Positions 13,101 through 17,688 of a DNA stretch of 17,688 nt are shown here, piece after piece. The first letter of the stretch is position 1, and every line of letters begins with the position of its first letter. A program made the translations under genes and the position numbers. The notes below the pieces were generated by a model, which was not told where the DNA came from, made no database searches, and saw only the letters and a program-made list of their open reading frames with translations. This stretch comes from Utricularia gibba. Lineage: Eukaryota; Plantae; Magnoliophyta. Where the stretch lies: NCBI GenBank assembly GCA_002189035.1, contig NEEC01000342.1, positions 1 to 17,688 of the forward strand. The letters run 5' to 3'.

Positions 13101-16100
13101 GTGAACTTCGTTCTGACCCAAGGTTCGGTCTGACTCCTTTGCCACATCGGGTCCTACTCGACGAAAATCGTGCTGCACTTATTGAAGTTAGGATGTCATG
13201 AGCACCCAAAATGGTTTTCTCAACCGCATGCTTTATATTTGAGGAGGCGCTCTCGTGGGGCAACGGTATCGAGAGGTGGTCGAGTCGAGCTCGGGCCCAT
13301 AGTCATTTGTGGCTCGGCAAAAAACTTGATGCATTTCTTAACGTTGGGTTTTAATTGGCTGCCTACATGGTTTCTCAAGGAAAAGCTTGTCGTTTTTGGG
13401 CGGTGATGTCGTTGTGAACTTCGTTCTGACCCAAGGTTCCTTTGCCACATCGGGTCCTACTCGACGAAAATCGTGATGCACTTATTGAAGTTAGGATGTC
13501 ATGAGCACCCAAAATGGTTTTCTCAACCGCATGCTTTATATCTGAGGAGGCGCTCTCGTGGGGCAACGGTATCGAGAAGGAGGTCGAGTCGAGCTCGGGC
13601 CCATAGTCATTTGTAGCTCGGCAAAAAACTTGATGCATTTCTTAACGTTGGGTTTTAATTGGCTGCCTACATGGTTTCTCAAGGAAAAGCTTGTCGTTTT
13701 TGGGCGGTGATGTCGTTGTGAACTTCGTTCTGACCCAAGGTTTCTTTGCCACATCGGGTCCTACTCGACGAAAATCGTGATGCACTTATTGAAGTTAGGA
13801 TGTCATGAGCACCCAAAATGGTTTTCTCAACCGCATGCTTTATATCTGAGGAGGCGCTCTCGTGGGGCAACGGTATCGAGAAGGAGGTCGAGTCGAGCTC
13901 GGGCCCATAGTCATTTGTGGCTCGGCAAAAAACTTGATGCATTTCTTAACGTTGGGTTTTAATTGGCTGCCTACATGGTTTCTCAAGGAAAAGCTTGTCG
14001 TTTTTGGGCGGGTGATGTCGTTGTGAACTTCGTTCTGACCCAAGGTTCACATCGGGTCCTACTCGACGAAAATCGTGCTGCACTTATTGAAGTTAGGATG
14101 TCATGAGCACCCAAAATGGTTTTCTCAACCGCATGCTTTATATCTGAGGAGCGCTCTCGTGGGGCAACGGTATCGAGGAGGTCGAGTCGAGCTCGGGCCC
14201 ATAGTCATTTGTGGCTCGGCAAAAAACTTGATGCATTTTAACGTTGGGTTTTAATTGGCTGCCTACATGGTTTCTCAAGGAAAAGCTTGTCGTTTTTGGG
14301 CGGTGATGTCGTTGTGAACTTCGTTCTGACCCAAGGTTCGGTCTGACTCCTTTGCCACATCGGGTCCTACTCGACGAAAATCGTGATGCACTTATTGAAG
14401 TTAGGATGTCATGAGCACCCAAAATGGTTTTCTCAACCGCATGCTTTATATCTGAGGAGGCGCTCTCGTGGGGCAACGGTATCGAGAAGGAGGTCGAGTC
14501 GAGCTCGGGCCCATAGTCATTTGTTCGGCAAAAAACTTGATGCATTTCTTAACGTTGGGTTTTAATTGGCTGCCTACATGGTTTCTCAAGGAAAAGCTTG
14601 TCGTTTTTGGGCGGGTGATGTCGTTGTGAACTTCGTTCTGACCCAAGGTTCCTTTGCCACATCGGTCCTACTCGACGAAAATCGTGATGCACTTATTGAA
14701 GTTAGGATGTCATGAGCACCCAAAATGGTTTTCTCAACCGCATGCTTTATATCTGAGGAGGCGCTCTCGTGGGGCAACGGTATCGAGAAGGAGGTCGAGT
14801 CGAGCTCGGGCCCATAGTCATTTGTGGCTCGGCAAAAAACTTGATGCATTTCTTAACGTTGGGTTTTAATTGGCTGCCTACATGGTTTCTCAAGGAAAAG
14901 CTTGTCGTTTTTGGGCGGTGATGTCGTTGTGAACTTCGTTCTGACCCAAGGTTCGGTCTGACTCCTTTGCCACATCGGGTCCTACTCGACGAAATCGTGA
15001 TGCACTTATTGAAGTTAGGATGTCATGAGCACCAAATGGTTTTCTCAACCGCATGCTTTATATCTGAGGAGGCGCTCTCGTGGGCAACGGTATCGAGAAG
15101 GAGGTCGAGTCGAGCTCGGCCCATAGTCATTTGTGCTCGGCAAAAAACTTGATGCATTTCTTAACGTTGGGTTTTAATTGGCTGCCTACATGGTTTCTCA
15201 AGGAAAAGCTTGTCGTTTTTGGGCGGTGATGTCGTTGTGAACTTCGTTCTGACCCAAGGTTCCTTTGCCACATCGGGTCCTACTCGACGAAATCGTGGCA
15301 CTTATTGAAGTTAGGATGTCATGAGCACCCAAAATGGTTTTCTCAACCGCATGCTTTATATCTGAGGAGGCGCTCTCGTGGGCAACGTATCGAGAAGGAG
15401 GTCGAGTCGAGCTCGGGCCCATAGTCATTTGTGGCTCGGCAAAAACTTGATGCATTTCTTAACGTTGGGTTTTAATTGGCTGCCTACATGGTTTCTCAAG
15501 GAAAAGCTTGTCGTTTTTGGGCGGGTGATGTCGTTGTGAACTTCGTTCTGACCCAAGGTTCGGTCTGACTCCTTTCCACATCGGGTCCTACTCGACGAAA
15601 ATCGTGATGCACTTATTGAAGTTAGGATGTCATGAGCACCCAAAATGGTTTTCTCAACCGCATGCTTTATATCTGAGGAGGCGCTCTCGTGGGCAACGGT
15701 ATCGAGAGGAGGTCGAGTCGAGCTCGGGCCCATAGTCATTTGTGCTCGGCAAAAAACTTGATGCATTTCTTAACGTTGGGTTTTAATTGGCTGCCTACAT
15801 GGTTTCTCAAGGAAAAGCTTGTCGTTTTTGGCGGGTGATGTCGTTGTGAACTTCGTTCTGACCCAAGGTTCCTGCACATCGGGTCCTACTCGACGAAAAT
15901 CGTGATGCACTTATTGAAGTTAGGATGTCATGAGCACCCAAAATGGTTTTCTCAACCGCATGCTTTATATCTGAGGAGGCGCTCTCGTGGGCAACGGTAT
16001 CGAGAAGGAGGTCGAGTCGAGCTCGGGCCCATAGTCATTTGTGCTCGGCAAAAAACTTGATGCATTTTTAACGTTGGGTTTTAATTGGCTGCCTACATGG

Positions 16101-17688
16101 TTTCTCAAGGAAAAGCTTGTCGTTTTTGGGCGGTGATGTCGTTGTGAACTTCGTTCTGACCCAAGGTTCCTTTGCCACATCGGGTCCTACTCGACGAAAA
16201 TCGTGCTGCACTTATTGAAGTTAGGATGTCATGAGCACCCAAAATGGTTTTCTCAACCGCATGCTTTATATCTGAGGAGGCGCTCTCGTGGGGCAACGGT
16301 ATCGAGAAGAGGTCGAGTCGAGCTCGGGCCCATAGTCATTTGTCTCGGCAAAAAACTTGATGCATTTCTTAACGTTGGGTTTTAATTGGCTGCCTACATG
16401 GTTTCTCAAGGAAAAGCTTGTCGTTTTTGGGCGGGTGATGTCGTTGTGAACTTCGTTCTGACCCAAGGTTCGGTCTGACTCCTTTGCCACATCGGTCCTA
16501 CTCGACGAAATCGTGCACTTATTGAAGTTAGGATGTCAGCACCCAAAATGGTTTTCTCAACCGCATGCTTTATATCTGAGGAGGCGCTCTCGTGGGGCAA
16601 CGGTATCGAGAAGGAGGTCGAGTCGAGCTCGGGCCCATAGTCATTTGTAGCTCGGCAAAAAACTTGATGCATTTCTTAACGTTGGTTTTTAATTGGCTGC
16701 CTACATGGTTTCTCAAGGAAAAGCTTGTCGTTTTTGGGCGGTGATGTCGTTGTGAACTTCGTTCTGACCCAAGGTTCCTTGCCACATCGGGTCCTACTCG
16801 ACGAAAATCGTGATGCACTTATTGAAGTTAGGATGTCATGAGCACCCAAAATGGTTTTCTCAACCGCATGCTTTATATCTGAGGAGGCGCTCGTGGGGCA
16901 ACGGTATCGAGAAGGAGGTCGAGTCGAGCTCGGGCCATATAGTCATTTGTGGCTCGGCAAAAAACTTGATGCATTTCTTAACGTTGGGTTTTAATTGGCT
17001 GCCTACATGTTTCTCAAGGAAAAGCTTGTCGTTTTTGGGCGGGTGATGTCGTTGTGAACTTCGTTCTGACCCAAGGGTCTGACTCCTTTGCCACATCGGG
17101 TCCTACTCGACGAAACGTGATGCACTTATTGAAGTTAGGATGTCATGAGCACCCAAAATGGTTTTCTCAACCGCATGCTTTATATCTGAGGAGGCGCTCT
17201 CGTGGGGCAACGGTATCGAGAAGGAGGTCGAGTCGAGCTCGGGCCCATAGTCATTTGTGCTCGGCAAAAAACTTGATGCATTTCTTAACGTTGGGTTTTA
17301 ATTGGCTGCCTACATGGTTTCTCAAGGAAAAGCTTGTCGTTTTTGGGCGGGTGATGTCGTTGTGAACTTCGTTCTGACCCAAGGTTCTTTGCCACATCGG
17401 GTCCTACTCGACGAAATCGTGCTGCACTTATTGAAGTTAGGATGTCATGAGCACCCAAAATGGTTTTCTCAACCGCATGCTTTATATCTGAGGAGGCGCT
17501 CTCGTGGGGCAACGGTATCGAGCAGGGGTCGAGTCGAGCTCGGGCCATAGTCATTTGTGGCTCGGCAAAAAACTTGATGCATTTCTTAACGTTGGGTTTT
17601 AATTGGCTGCCTACATGGTTTCTCAAGGAAAAGCTTGTCGTTTTTGGGCGGTGATGTCGTTGTGAACTTCGTTCTGACCCAAGGTTCG

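Larger units (their letters stand above)
1..17688. repeat. Tandem satellite DNA array, ~58 head-to-tail copies of a 305/315-bp unit, extending beyond both window edges
   Basis: The same sequence (atggttttctcaaccgcatgc...gagctcgggccc...aagcttgtcg...gacccaaggttc...gcacccaaa) recurs every ~300-315 bp from base 1 to 17688, always in the same orientation. I counted 58 'gacc(c)aag' junctions, with no unique intervening sequence. Confidence 0.98.

Noticed and set aside
33-17654. Over 100 short ORFs on both strands (e.g. MLHLLKLGCHEHPKWFSQ..., MHQVFCRATNDYGPELDS...)
   Set aside because: They are translations of the same repeat. They are 60-152 aa, their boundaries shift with random single-base indels, no frame is preserved and I recognise no domain.
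1-17688. CRISPR array or repeat-spacer system, with the variable junction as a spacer
   Set aside because: There are no unique spacers. Junction variants are nested deletions of one sequence, the unit is ~10 times longer than a CRISPR repeat, and no cas genes are present.

Overview
The whole window is one uninterrupted head-to-tail tandem array (satellite DNA) of about 58 copies of a ~305/315-bp unit. I find no credible protein-coding gene, RNA gene, CRISPR array or transposon; the ORF track only translates the same repeat repeatedly. The array has structure at three scales. (1) Each 315-bp unit is a diverged dimer of 157-bp and 158-bp halves, which is nucleosome/centromeric-satellite size. 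(2) A 10-bp presence/absence polymorphism (315 vs 305 bp) lies in a hypervariable site, and all four combinations with a nearby C/A SNP occur. (3) Rare variants recur at 16-unit (~4.9 kb) spacing, suggesting a higher-order repeat. Frequent single-base deletions, more so towards the 3' end, suggest a noisy long read or low-coverage consensus, so singleton variants may be artefacts. The source is probably a eukaryote; I cannot name the family. All tallies were done by hand.
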